A program made the position numbers and the translations under genes. This document shows, in pieces, positions 17,197 through 26,987 of a stretch of 32,000 bases of DNA. Where the stretch lies: NCBI RefSeq assembly GCF_000020385.1, contig NC_010814.1:3540001-3572000 (forward strand), given 5' to 3'. Below the pieces are notes generated by a model, which worked only from the letters and a program-made list of their open reading frames with translations, was not told the origin of the DNA and made no database searches. The stretch is from Trichlorobacter lovleyi SZ. Its GTDB lineage: Bacteria; Desulfobacterota; Desulfuromonadia; Geobacterales; Pseudopelobacteraceae. The stretch's first letter is position 1. Each line of letters begins with the position of its first letter.

Positions 17197-18756
17197 ATGG
17201 CAAAGGCCAAGCAGTCAACAAAAGACGAGACACGGACAATCAAAATTTTTGACACCACGTTGCGGGATGGCGAGCAGGCACCGGGCAACAGCATGAATAT
17301 TGAGGAAAAACTACGCTTTGCCAAGCAGCTACAAAAGCTGAACGTAGACGTGATTGAGGCAGGCTTCCCGATCGCTTCAGAAGGTGACTTTGAGGCGGTC
17401 AAGAAAGTAGCCCAATCCATCAAGGGGCCTGAGATTGCCGGTCTGTGCCGCTCTAACCTGAAGGATATAGACCGGGCCTGGGAGGCACTGAAATACGCCG
17501 GTGAAAAAGGGCGGATCCACACCTTCATCGCCACCTCAGATATCCATATGAAGTACAAGCTGCAGATGGAACCGGCACAGGTACTGGAGTCAGCCGTCAA
17601 AGCGGTCAAGCGGGCTGCAGGCTATACCCCCAACGTTGAATTCTCCTGCGAGGATGCGGTACGGACCCAGCTGCCGTTTCTGGCCCAGGTGGTAGAAGCG
17701 GTGATCGCTGCCGGTGCCACCACGGTTAACATCCCGGACACCGTCGGCTACACGGTACCGTTTGAGTACTTCAATATCATCAAGTACCTGAAGGATAACG
17801 TGCCCAACATTGAAAAGGCCGTGATCTCGGTGCATTGTCACAATGACCTGGGGCTGTCGGTGGCCAACTCCATTGCAGCGATACAGGCCGGCGCCGGCCA
17901 GGTGGAATGCACCATCAACGGCATCGGTGAACGGGCCGGTAACTGTTCGCTGGAAGAGTTTGTCATGATCCTGCGGACCCGCCGCGACATCCTGCCCTTT
18001 GTCACCGGCATCGCCACGGAGCAGCTGACCCCGGCCAGCCGCCTGCTGACGAACATCACCGGCATTGCGGTGCAGCCCAACAAATCGGTGGTCGGTGCCA
18101 ACGCCTTTGCCCATGAGGCCGGCATTCACCAGCACGGCATGCTGATGGACAAATCCACCTATGAGATCATGACCCCTGAATCAGTCGGCCTGACTGCCAG
18201 CGCCCTGGTACTGGGCAAACACTCCGGCCGCCACGCCTTTAAAAAGCGGCTGGAGGAGCTGGGGCATGACCTGGATGACGAGATGTTGAACCGCGCCTTT
18301 GAACGTTTCAAGGCCTTGGCGGACCTGAAGAAAGAGGTCTTTGACGAGGACCTGGATGCGATTGTAACCGATGAATCACGGGAAGAGGATCAGTACAAGC
18401 TGGAACATATTACCGTGACCTGCGGTTCTTTTGCTGTGGCGACGGCTACGGTGCAGATGGAGATCAACGGCAAACCGGTTCGTACGGCTGAACTGGGGGA
18501 CGGACCGGTTGACTCCGCCTTCAAGGCGATCCGCAAGCTGACCAAAACCAAGGCCAAGCTGACCCAGTACAACGTCGGCTCGATCACCGGCGGCACCGAT
18601 GCCCAGGGCGAGGTAACCGTCAGAGTGGAAGAAGGCGGTCACACCGTGGTGGGCAAAGGGGCCTCAACGGATATCATCGTGGCCTCGGCCAAGGCGTACA
18701 TCCACGCCCTGAACCGGCTGCACTGCAAGCAGAAGCGTTTGACGGACGCTGTTTGA
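17197..18756 (+). CDS. leuA: 2-isopropylmalate synthase
   Basis: IKIFDTTLRDGEQAPG, HCHNDLGLSVANS and a C-terminal LeuA-dimer regulatory domain. Start moved from the track's 17110, which lies inside the T-box, to the ATG at 17197 with an AGGAGG SD. Confidence 0.92.
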   Translation: MAKAKQSTKDETRTIKIFDTTLRDGEQAPGNSMNIEEKLRFAKQLQKLNVDVIEAGFPIASEGDFEAVKKVAQSIKGPEIAGLCRSNLKDIDRAWEALKYAGEKGRIHTFIATSDIHMKYKLQMEPAQVLESAVKAVKRAAGYTPNVEFSCEDAVRTQLPFLAQVVEAVIAAGATTVNIPDTVGYTVPFEYFNIIKYLKDNVPNIEKAVISVHCHNDLGLSVANSIAAIQAGAGQVECTINGIGERAGNCSLEEFVMILRTRRDILPFVTGIATEQLTPASRLLTNITGIAVQPNKSVVGANAFAHEAGIHQHGMLMDKSTYEIMTPESVGLTASALVLGKHSGRHAFKKRLEELGHDLDDEMLNRAFERFKALADLKKEVFDEDLDAIVTDESREEDQYKLEHITVTCGSFAVATATVQMEINGKPVRTAELGDGPVDSAFKAIRKLTKTKAKLTQYNVGSITGGTDAQGEVTVRVEEGGHTVVGKGASTDIIVASAKAYIHALNRLHCKQKRLTDAV

Positions 18757-18770
18757 TTTCACGGAATCAC

Positions 18771-18795
18771 AGGGGCAGGTCTCAGACCTGCCCCT
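18771..18795. terminator. Bidirectional hairpin between the convergent leuA and sigma-54 activator gene
   Basis: AGGGGCAGGTC-TCA-GACCTGCCCCT, a perfect 11-bp stem. It overlaps the activator stop codon by 2 nt. The flanking U-tracts are poor. Confidence 0.55.
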
Positions 18796-21601
18796 ACAAA
18801 CGCACCGTCTTGTAGAGGAAATTCTTAAACTTATACAGCGCCTTACGCTGCTCATCATCGCTCATGCCGTCAGTCAAGGCTCTCAGATTCCGCGCCACTG
18901 CCGGCAGTGGCCGACCTGCAAAGGCGCGACTCTTCTCCACCACCAGCCTGACCACATCACGAGAGATATCATTGCGGGTAAACGGTTCGTAGAGATCCTG
19001 CCAGAAGTTGCCCCCCTGGCGGATCTTCTCAATAATCGTATCAGCCAGATGGCTTGCCAACTCCCGGCCATCACCGGCCGAGGTAACACTGCCCAGTCCG
19101 ACTCCCTTGATTGCCTGCCGGATCGATTCCCCGCCGATCACATTCCCCCGCCTGAAGAACATCGCCCGCAGCAGGATTGAACGCAGCTCCCGGATGTTCC
19201 CCTCATACTGGTGCAGTACCAGCTCTGATTTGGCGTCTGCCGCCAATACCGGCGGATCATCAGGGTCGTTCTGGCCCCGGTAGGTGCGGTAGAGCTTGCC
19301 CAGAAAATGCACCGCCAGGTCGGGAATATCCTCCCGCCGCTCATTCAGGGACGGCAGGCGGATCGAGAGCTCTGCCAGACGGTGATAAAGATCCTCCCTG
19401 AAACGGCCTGCTGCAATCTCGGCCGGCAGATCCCTGTTGGTGGCTGCCACCAGCAACACCCGGCTGAAACGTTCCATGTTCTCCCCCAACCGGACAAACC
19501 CGCCGTTATCCAGAAAGCGCAGCAGTTGTACCTGGGTTTTGGGGTCGGCATCACCGATCTCATCCAGAAAGACCACCCCGCCCATACACTCTTCCAGGAT
19601 ACCGCGCCGGTCACTGGAGGCACCGGTAAAAGCCCCCTTTTTGTGCCCAAACAGCTCTGAATAGGTCAGCTCACCACTATAGGCAGCGATATTGGTCTTT
19701 TTTACCGGCAACTCGCCCTGAGGATTCAGTTGCAGCCGGTATAGCGAGTTGAGTGTGTTATAGAGGTTGTTGAAAAAAAACTCCTTGCCTGAACCGGTCG
19801 GTCCGGTAATCAGAATCGACGGCAGACCGATGGTGGCCTCCTGCATCACATTTTTGCTCCAGAGCGTAACCCGGTTAAAGAGCGGCTGTGATACCGTATT
19901 GATAAAATCAATCACCGCCTGGGAGGTGGGACTGACCCCGATGATGTTTCCCAGGCGGTAGGAAGAGACATGAGGATCCTTGTAGCCGACATCGGTGGTC
20001 AGACGCTGCACTTCCCCCTGCAGTCCCTCGATCCGCTGCAGATCAGAGAGATGGCGGGCCGTCAAAGACCCGATAATCTGCAGGATGCGACGGTGTTCCT
20101 CGGTAAAATAGCTGTAACGCAACGAGTTAAGGCAGATAACCGCAATCACCTCACCATCACAGACCACCGGCACCGCAATCTCACTCTTCAGCAGATCGCT
20201 CATGGAGCGGTGAAATCCCTCACCGGTCCGCTCTTCATCCACACTGCCGATAATCTTGGGCTGCTGGCTCCAGGCCACATAGCCGGTCAGGCTGCGTTCT
20301 TCAGGGGCTAGCTCCCCACCCCCCACAAGAAAAGGAGGGATGTAACGCTTCAGCCACTCCTTATTTTTGGCTCCGACAAGCGTCCCTTGCTCATCCTCCA
20401 CCACCAGCCAGCGCCGGCCATCCCGTTCTTCAACCAGGGCAATGCTACCGGTATCGGCACCGATCAGCTCAGTGGCCTTGGCCAGCACCTTGGTCAAAAA
20501 CGGCTGCAGGGTGGCATCTCCTTGATTCAGCAGGTCGGTGATCTCGGACAACACCCGGATCTCCAGGTGCTCGCCACCGACGCCGCTGACCACGCTGGCA
20601 AGCATCTCGGCATGCCCCTGCAAAAGCCCCATCTCAAACTCTGAAAAACGATATTCTTCTCGACAGAAATAATTGACCAGACAGATCACCCGGTGGCTGT
20701 GGGGATCAAAACGCGGTACCACATAGAGGCTACGCAGCGACATCTGTTCGGTCAGCTCACGCTTCTGCAGATCATGGCGGGCCAGGTCATTGATAAAGAG
20801 CGGCTTAAGTAGCCTGTCATCTCTGATGATGGCCTGCACATCCACATAGCGGGAGATTAGCGATGCACCGGGCTCCAGCAGGATCGCACCCAGACGGTCA
20901 TACTGCATCTGCAGGGCAGGATCTTCGGCATAGCTGGCCAGCACCTCAAGCGCAGCAGAACCGTCACTGGAAACCAATGGGGTCAGCACCGAGGCCAGGG
21001 CCACCTTTTCCACCAGGCGCACTGCTGAGCGAACCATCTGCCCAGCAGCCTCCCGTTTTTTTGATTCCTCAAGCCGGCGGGCCAGCTGCACCTGCTGATG
21101 GTAGCTGCGTGCCTCATCCAGCCGTTCCGCCAGCTGCAGGATGAATTCTGCCAGGCGGGACTTGACCTTGCCGGACAGCGCCAAATCGCCATGCCTGCTG
21201 TCAATGCACAGCACGCCGATGGAGCGGCCACGACTGACAAGGGGCAGATAACTGCTGGACGCGATATTGAAGCGACCGGCAACCGCACCATCAAGCGTTC
21301 CGGCTGCACCGTCACCGCTACGGAAGTCAGCGGGGTACTGACTGACAAAAACCCGTGATACCACGGCGTCTTGCGTAATAATAGGAAAAGCCACCTCACG
21401 CAGTTCAGCCCCATCAGGACCGCTGGCAAAGGCACAGGTCAATGCACCTGAGATCAGGTCTTCAAGATAGATCCTGACCAGATCAACGCCCGAAATCAGT
21501 CTGACCCCTTCGGCCAGCACATAGAGCAGCTCAGTCTGGTTTTCCTTACCATAGCCATCAATCTTTACGCGTAACGCCTGCAGCGACTCATCCTGTGGCA
21601 T
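18794..21601 (-). CDS. Sigma-54-dependent transcriptional activator (EBP) with about 560-aa N-terminal sensor region (three GAF-like domains)
   Basis: AAA+ core: Walker A GPTGSGKE, GAFTGA loop (GHKKGAFTGA), Walker B VVFLDEIGD, and VRLGENM...RVLLVAATNRDL. The N-terminus is GAF-like (..IGVLCIDS.., ..VICLVNYF.., ..IAVICLNS..). Start set at the ATG at 21601 (MPQDESL) with AGGAGGGTG SD, rather than the track's 21652. Confidence 0.85.
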   Translation of the reverse strand: MPQDESLQALRVKIDGYGKENQTELLYVLAEGVRLISGVDLVRIYLEDLISGALTCAFASGPDGAELREVAFPIITQDAVVSRVFVSQYPADFRSGDGAAGTLDGAVAGRFNIASSSYLPLVSRGRSIGVLCIDSRHGDLALSGKVKSRLAEFILQLAERLDEARSYHQQVQLARRLEESKKREAAGQMVRSAVRLVEKVALASVLTPLVSSDGSAALEVLASYAEDPALQMQYDRLGAILLEPGASLISRYVDVQAIIRDDRLLKPLFINDLARHDLQKRELTEQMSLRSLYVVPRFDPHSHRVICLVNYFCREEYRFSEFEMGLLQGHAEMLASVVSGVGGEHLEIRVLSEITDLLNQGDATLQPFLTKVLAKATELIGADTGSIALVEERDGRRWLVVEDEQGTLVGAKNKEWLKRYIPPFLVGGGELAPEERSLTGYVAWSQQPKIIGSVDEERTGEGFHRSMSDLLKSEIAVPVVCDGEVIAVICLNSLRYSYFTEEHRRILQIIGSLTARHLSDLQRIEGLQGEVQRLTTDVGYKDPHVSSYRLGNIIGVSPTSQAVIDFINTVSQPLFNRVTLWSKNVMQEATIGLPSILITGPTGSGKEFFFNNLYNTLNSLYRLQLNPQGELPVKKTNIAAYSGELTYSELFGHKKGAFTGASSDRRGILEECMGGVVFLDEIGDADPKTQVQLLRFLDNGGFVRLGENMERFSRVLLVAATNRDLPAEIAAGRFREDLYHRLAELSIRLPSLNERREDIPDLAVHFLGKLYRTYRGQNDPDDPPVLAADAKSELVLHQYEGNIRELRSILLRAMFFRRGNVIGGESIRQAIKGVGLGSVTSAGDGRELASHLADTIIEKIRQGGNFWQDLYEPFTRNDISRDVVRLVVEKSRAFAGRPLPAVARNLRALTDGMSDDEQRKALYKFKNFLYKTVRL

Positions 21602-21710
21602 CGCCACCCTCCTGAGTGTTTTAACTACACGCTTAAGATACACGCTATACACGACACAGGCAAGGACACAAGAGTTTACCGCCTGATACTGCTGTTCATA
21701 TTTCTAGCGA

Positions 21711-21739
21711 TTGACTTAAGCTTATTATTTAAATATTAT
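21711..21739 (+). promoter_or_regulatory. Sigma-70 promoter in an AT-rich spacer upstream of the first GGDEF-EAL gene
   Basis: TTGACT (21711-16), 17-nt spacer, TATTAT (21734-39). It is followed immediately by the palindrome AATTTTAAAATT (21740-51). Confidence 0.45.
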
Positions 21740-21758
21740 AATTTTAAAATTTAATCAG

Positions 21759-23891
21759 ATGCAGTTTTTTCTGCCACCTGCGAGCGTTCCTGTACAAAAG
21801 GGTCTTCCGATGCCCGATACCAGCATACCCTACAAACAGGTTTTTTCAGCAATCCCGGCACCGGTGATTATGCTGGACACTCAGGGGCACTTTGCCTTTG
21901 CAAACAAGGCCGCCTACCAGATTCTCCCCTCCTGCATCCCTCTCGACGACGGGGTAAGCTGCACACCACCAGACTGGCTTGCCACTGAAATAGATACATT
22001 CCTGTATCATGCCAAAGAAGAGCATACATTCGAACACTGCCTGCCACTTGACACGGGGCACCGTCATATCCAATTCACCCTGACCCGGTTGGACCAGGAC
22101 AAGCGCCAGAACGGCATCCTGATTACACTGCACGACATCAGCCGACACAAGCGGGCCGAGCAGGCCCTGCGCCTAAGCGAAGAACGGTACCGCATGCTGG
22201 TTGAACATCAGAGTGATCTGGTTGTCAGGGTTGATATCGAAGGCAGACTGCAGTTTGCCAGCCCCTCCTTCTGCATGCTGTTCGGCATTGACGAAGAACA
22301 GCTGGTGGGGCGGGAGCTCTGCCCGATCATCAACAGCAGCGGTCAGGCGGTTATGAAAGAGGCCATGCAGCGCCTGGACTGCCACCCCAAGTCCTGTTAT
22401 CACGAAATCTGCTCCCAGACCCTGGATGGTCTCCGCTGGATCGGCTGGGCCATGAAGGGGGTGGTGGATGAAAAGGGCCATATTGAGGCCATCGTCGGTA
22501 TCGGGCGCGACATTACCGACCGCAAAAAGGCCGAGCAGGAGATACTCCAGCTTGCCCATTACGATACCCTGACCGGCCTGCCTAACCGCAGCCTGCTCCA
22601 GGACCGCTTGTCCCAGGCCCTTTCGCTGGCCAACCGGGGCAATGTCACCCTGGCGGTACTTTTTCTCGATCTGGATCGTTTTAAGCACGTCAATGACGCC
22701 TTTGGTCACCAGATTGGCGATCTGTTGCTGCAGGAGGTCAGCCGCCGCCTGAAAGACTGCGTGCGTGCCACCGACACAGTATCCCGGATCGGCGGCGATG
22801 AGTTTGTGATCATCCTGACCAATCTGATCAAGTGCAGCCAGGCCGGATCAATAGCCGCCAAGATCATCAGCTCCATGAGCCGCCTCTTTCAGCTGGGAGG
22901 CCATGAACTGTACAGTGGCACCAGCATCGGCATCGCCCTCTACCCGACAGACGGCAATGATGTTGACACCCTGCTGAAGCATGCCGATATGGCCATGTAC
23001 CAGGCCAAAGCGAGTGGCCGGGGCACCTTCAAGTTCTTTTCTCCGGAACACAACGAGAAAATGCTGCAGCGTATGCAACTTGAACAGGCGTTACGCCGGG
23101 CAATTGAGCATCAGGAGCTGTCCCTTGACTACCAGCCACAGATCGACAGTGCAACCGGCAGCATCAACGGCCTTGAAGCCTTGCTGCGCTGGCAGCACCC
23201 CCAGCTGGGGCTGTTACTGCCGGGACTGTTCATCACCATTGCAGAGGAAACCGGACTGATCATCCCGTTGGGGGAATGGGTATTACGGACCGCCTGCAGG
23301 CAGGCACGGGCCTGGCAGCGGGCCGGCTACCACCGGCTGCGGATAGCGGTCAACATCTCTCCGCGCCAGTTCCAGCAACGGGGTCTGATACCGATGATCG
23401 ACGCAATCCTGCAGGAAACCGGCTGCGATCCGCGCGGGCTTGAACTTGAGCTGACCGAGACCACCCTGATGGACAGCCCCAAGGAAGCGACTGCCCTGCT
23501 GAAGGCGTTGAAACGCCGCGGGATCAGTCTGGCTATTGACGATTTCGGCACCGGCTATTCATCGCTCAGCCACCTCAAGCACTTTCCGATCGACCGGCTC
23601 AAGATCGACCGGTCCTTCGTCAATGATCTGACCCGCAGCCGCGAGGATAGCGCCATTGTCGAGGCAATCATCGCCATGGCCCACCGGCTGGGGCTGGAGG
23701 TAGTGGCCGAAGGGGTGGAACATCCTGATCAACATGCCATACTCAGCGACTGGGGCTGCAAGACATGCCAGGGCTTTCTCTACAGCAAGGCCGTTTCAAC
23801 CGAAGAGGCAACGGCACTACTAGCCACAGCTCAGTATTCCACAGGGATCCCAAGCACTTTGACGCCCCAGACAAAACCAGCAGACGATTGA
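21759..23891 (+). CDS. PAS-PAS-GGDEF-EAL c-di-GMP turnover protein
   Basis: 710 aa. Two PAS domains, GGDEF (RIGGDEF, I-site RATD 5 aa upstream), and EAL with EALLRW, NISPRQ, ELELTE, DDFGTGYSSL, KIDRSF, EGVE and QG. The start is uncertain (21759 or the ATG at 21807); neither has a good SD. Confidence 0.85.
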   Translation: MQFFLPPASVPVQKGLPMPDTSIPYKQVFSAIPAPVIMLDTQGHFAFANKAAYQILPSCIPLDDGVSCTPPDWLATEIDTFLYHAKEEHTFEHCLPLDTGHRHIQFTLTRLDQDKRQNGILITLHDISRHKRAEQALRLSEERYRMLVEHQSDLVVRVDIEGRLQFASPSFCMLFGIDEEQLVGRELCPIINSSGQAVMKEAMQRLDCHPKSCYHEICSQTLDGLRWIGWAMKGVVDEKGHIEAIVGIGRDITDRKKAEQEILQLAHYDTLTGLPNRSLLQDRLSQALSLANRGNVTLAVLFLDLDRFKHVNDAFGHQIGDLLLQEVSRRLKDCVRATDTVSRIGGDEFVIILTNLIKCSQAGSIAAKIISSMSRLFQLGGHELYSGTSIGIALYPTDGNDVDTLLKHADMAMYQAKASGRGTFKFFSPEHNEKMLQRMQLEQALRRAIEHQELSLDYQPQIDSATGSINGLEALLRWQHPQLGLLLPGLFITIAEETGLIIPLGEWVLRTACRQARAWQRAGYHRLRIAVNISPRQFQQRGLIPMIDAILQETGCDPRGLELELTETTLMDSPKEATALLKALKRRGISLAIDDFGTGYSSLSHLKHFPIDRLKIDRSFVNDLTRSREDSAIVEAIIAMAHRLGLEVVAEGVEHPDQHAILSDWGCKTCQGFLYSKAVSTEEATALLATAQYSTGIPSTLTPQTKPADD

Positions 23892-23943
23892 CAGAGGCAC
23901 CTGCCAGAGCCTATTATGCCCCTGCACCATCAGGAGGCACCCT

Positions 23944-26841
23944 ATGGAACAGGCATCTGACTGCTATACACAGATAGTTGAGGCATTACCGACACCAATT
24001 CTGCTCCTCAGGCACAATGGCGTCATACTGCACGCCAACGCCCCCGCCGCCTGTCTGCTGGAAACCCTTGAAGGCATTATCCCCCAGCCGGAAATAACCC
24101 TGGCTCCGCATTGGATCATGGAAGAGCTTGAGTGTTACCACTCACAGGGCCTGCCTTCCCACCAAGCAGAAAAAAGTCTGATCAGCACCACCAACAGCCA
24201 TTCCTTTGTCCTGATCAGCATTAAACGCCTGCGCCCCGACAACGACAATCTGCTGCTGGTCACCATCAACGATCTTTCCAAACTGCATCTGGTTGAAGAC
24301 GGCCTGCGTCAGCTGGTGGAAGGGATCTCCGAGGCCACCGGTGAAAAATTTTTCCAGTTCCTGGCCTTGCATCTGGCAAAGGGTCTGGATGCCGATTTTG
24401 CCTTTATCGGTGAGTTTGCCGATAGCGAGCGCACCATCATCCAGACCGTGGCGGTTGCTGCCGATGGCGCCATACATGCCAACTTCCGGTTCCCGCTTGC
24501 GGAGACCCCCTGCGAACAGGTACTGACCAACGGCCTGCGGATCTACCCCAAAGCGATCCCCGAGTTATTCCCGCTTGATCATCTTGCCCTGGAGATGGGT
24601 GTTGAGAGCTATATCGGCATCCCGCTCGTCAGCTCCCGCAGGATAACCCTGGGACCGATGGCGGTCTTCAGCCGGCGTCCGATCAGAGAGACCCACTTGG
24701 CCGCATCCATGCTGCAGGTATTTGCCGTACGGGCAGCCTCGGAACTGGAACGCCGCCAGGCGGAACGGGTCCTGAAAGAGACAGAGGCACGTCTTAAGAC
24801 CATTGTTGATTCGGTCCATACCGGTATTCTGGTGATTGATCCTGAAAACCACCGGATCGTTGATGTCAATGAGCTGGCTGCCAGCAGCCTCGGCAGAACA
24901 CGCGAAGAGATGATCGGCACTTCATGCCATCGCTTCATCTGCCCCAATGAGGAAGGGCGCTGCCCCATCACCGACCTGCAGCAGGAGCTGGACAATGAAG
25001 AGCGTGATCTGATCCGGGCTGATGGCAGCCGCCTGCCGGTGATCAAGACCGTCAGTCGTGTCGTGCTGGATGGGCGAGAGCATCTTCTGGAAAGCTTTGT
25101 CGACATCAGCAGGCGCAAACAGGTGGAGAACAGCCTGAAGGAAAGTGAAGAGCGCTATCGAATGCTGGTTGAAAACCAGGCAGACCTGGTCATCAAGACC
25201 GATATGACAGGCAACCTGCTCTTTGTCAGCCCCTCATTCTGCAAACTTTTCGGCCAGACCGAGGAAAAACTGCTCGGCAAAGCGCTCTTGCCGGTCATCA
25301 TGTTGCCTGAGCAGCTCGCCACAGCCGCTGGGATGGAGCAGATGATCTGCAGTGATACCAGCTATTACCGCGAGTATCTCTCTCCGACACGGGAGGGCAA
25401 GCGCTGGATCGGCTGGGCGTTGCGCTGCATCTTCAACCAGTCCGGTCAGGCAGAGGCGATTATCGGTATGGGGCGGGATATTACTGATCGCAAAACAGCT
25501 GAAAGCACCATTGAGCAGTTGGCCTACCATGACCCGGTCACCGGCCTGCCGAACCGGACGCTGCTGCATGATCGTCTTCAGCTGGCAATCAACCGTGCTG
25601 AACGGGACAGCCAGGGTGTGGCGATCCTGTTTCTTGACCTGGATCGTTTCAAGGCAATTAACGATTCACTGGGGCATGCCATGGGCGATCAGCTACTGCG
25701 CCTGGTCGGCAATCGGCTGCTTGACTGTGTTCGTTCATCGGATACAGTGGCCCGCCTAGGGGGTGATGAGTTCGTAGTGTTGATTTCAGCCCTTGATAAT
25801 GACCATGCCGTGGGCAGCGTGGTCATGAAGATCCTGGAGCAGCTGTGTGAGCCGTACCAGATTGACGATCATGAGGTCTACACCTCTTCCAGTATCGGCA
25901 TCTCACTCTTTCCCCGTGATGGCCGCGATGCCGAAGAACTGTTGAAAAATGCCGACATGGCCATGTACCAGGCCAAAGAGGCCGGTCGTAACACCTGCCA
26001 CTTCTTCTCACCGGAGCTGAACATGCGGGCGACTGAACGGTTGCTGCTTGAGAGCACCATGCGCCGGGCCCTGGAACGGGAGGAATTTTTTCTGGTCTAT
26101 CAGCCCCAGATGGAGTTACGCAGCGGACATATTGCGGGGATCGAGGCATTGCTGAGATGGCGGCATCCAGATCTGGGGGTTGTGCCGCCAAACAATTTTA
26201 TTCCAATTGCAGAAGAAACCGGCCTGATTGTGCCGTTGGGGGAATGGGTACTGGCCGAGGCCTGCCGGCAGGCGGTGCGCTGGCAACAGGAGGGGCAACC
26301 CCCGCTGCGGATGGCGGTGAACGTTTCTGCCCGTCAGTTTCGCCAACGCAACCTCGGCCTGCGGATCGAAAAAATCCTGATGGAAACCGGCCTTGACCCT
26401 GCATTGCTGGAGCTTGAGCTGACTGAAAGCGCAGTCATGGAAAACCCGGAAGAAGCGATCCTGACCCTGCGTCAGCTGAAAAAGATGGGGATTACTCTCT
26501 CCATCGACGACTTCGGCACCGGCTACTCATCACTGTCACATCTCAAACACTTTCCGATCGACCGGCTCAAGATCGATCGTTCCTTTGTCAAGCATGTCAC
26601 CCGGGACCACAATGACGCCACCATTGCCGAGGCGATCATCGCCCTGGCCCACAGTATGAAGCTGACGGTTGTTGCCGAGGGGATCGAACACAGTGAGCAG
26701 ATGGAGTTTATGCACCAGCGTCACTGCGACACCATGCAGGGCTACTACCTGTCGCGACCGGTAACCGCCGAGGAGTTCGGCACGTTTCTCAAAAGGCTGG
26801 GGGAATCGGACGGCAAGGCCCATGGTCTGCTGGGAGGATAA
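23944..26841 (+). CDS. PAS-GAF-PAS-PAS-GGDEF-EAL c-di-GMP turnover protein (paralogue of the upstream gene)
   Basis: 965 aa. AGGAGG SD. GGDEF (RLGGDEF, I-site RSSD) and an EAL domain with all catalytic motifs. The C-terminal ~580 aa aligns along its length with the preceding protein, including the identical stretch IDDFGTGYSSLSHLKHFPIDRLKIDRSFV. Confidence 0.88.
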   Translation: MEQASDCYTQIVEALPTPILLLRHNGVILHANAPAACLLETLEGIIPQPEITLAPHWIMEELECYHSQGLPSHQAEKSLISTTNSHSFVLISIKRLRPDNDNLLLVTINDLSKLHLVEDGLRQLVEGISEATGEKFFQFLALHLAKGLDADFAFIGEFADSERTIIQTVAVAADGAIHANFRFPLAETPCEQVLTNGLRIYPKAIPELFPLDHLALEMGVESYIGIPLVSSRRITLGPMAVFSRRPIRETHLAASMLQVFAVRAASELERRQAERVLKETEARLKTIVDSVHTGILVIDPENHRIVDVNELAASSLGRTREEMIGTSCHRFICPNEEGRCPITDLQQELDNEERDLIRADGSRLPVIKTVSRVVLDGREHLLESFVDISRRKQVENSLKESEERYRMLVENQADLVIKTDMTGNLLFVSPSFCKLFGQTEEKLLGKALLPVIMLPEQLATAAGMEQMICSDTSYYREYLSPTREGKRWIGWALRCIFNQSGQAEAIIGMGRDITDRKTAESTIEQLAYHDPVTGLPNRTLLHDRLQLAINRAERDSQGVAILFLDLDRFKAINDSLGHAMGDQLLRLVGNRLLDCVRSSDTVARLGGDEFVVLISALDNDHAVGSVVMKILEQLCEPYQIDDHEVYTSSSIGISLFPRDGRDAEELLKNADMAMYQAKEAGRNTCHFFSPELNMRATERLLLESTMRRALEREEFFLVYQPQMELRSGHIAGIEALLRWRHPDLGVVPPNNFIPIAEETGLIVPLGEWVLAEACRQAVRWQQEGQPPLRMAVNVSARQFRQRNLGLRIEKILMETGLDPALLELELTESAVMENPEEAILTLRQLKKMGITLSIDDFGTGYSSLSHLKHFPIDRLKIDRSFVKHVTRDHNDATIAEAIIALAHSMKLTVVAEGIEHSEQMEFMHQRHCDTMQGYYLSRPVTAEEFGTFLKRLGESDGKAHGLLGG

Positions 26842-26987
26842 CATGGCAAGAGTAAACATTGATAAAGGACAAGCAGATCAGGAATGAGGATTTTTTTGTT
26901 CTGGCTGTAACGAGCAAAGTCTGGCGCGGAGGCGTACTACCGAGGCAGGTACCATTCGAAATTATTTCCAAAAACCACTCAGCTGTC

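Noticed and set aside
26843-26887. 14-codon micro-ORF (MARVNIDKGQADQE) directly after the second GGDEF-EAL gene, preceded by GGGAGG
   Set aside because: The apparent SD is simply the last Gly-Gly codons of the upstream gene. The ORF is very short, nothing indicates conservation, and there is no hydrophobic or Cys pattern.
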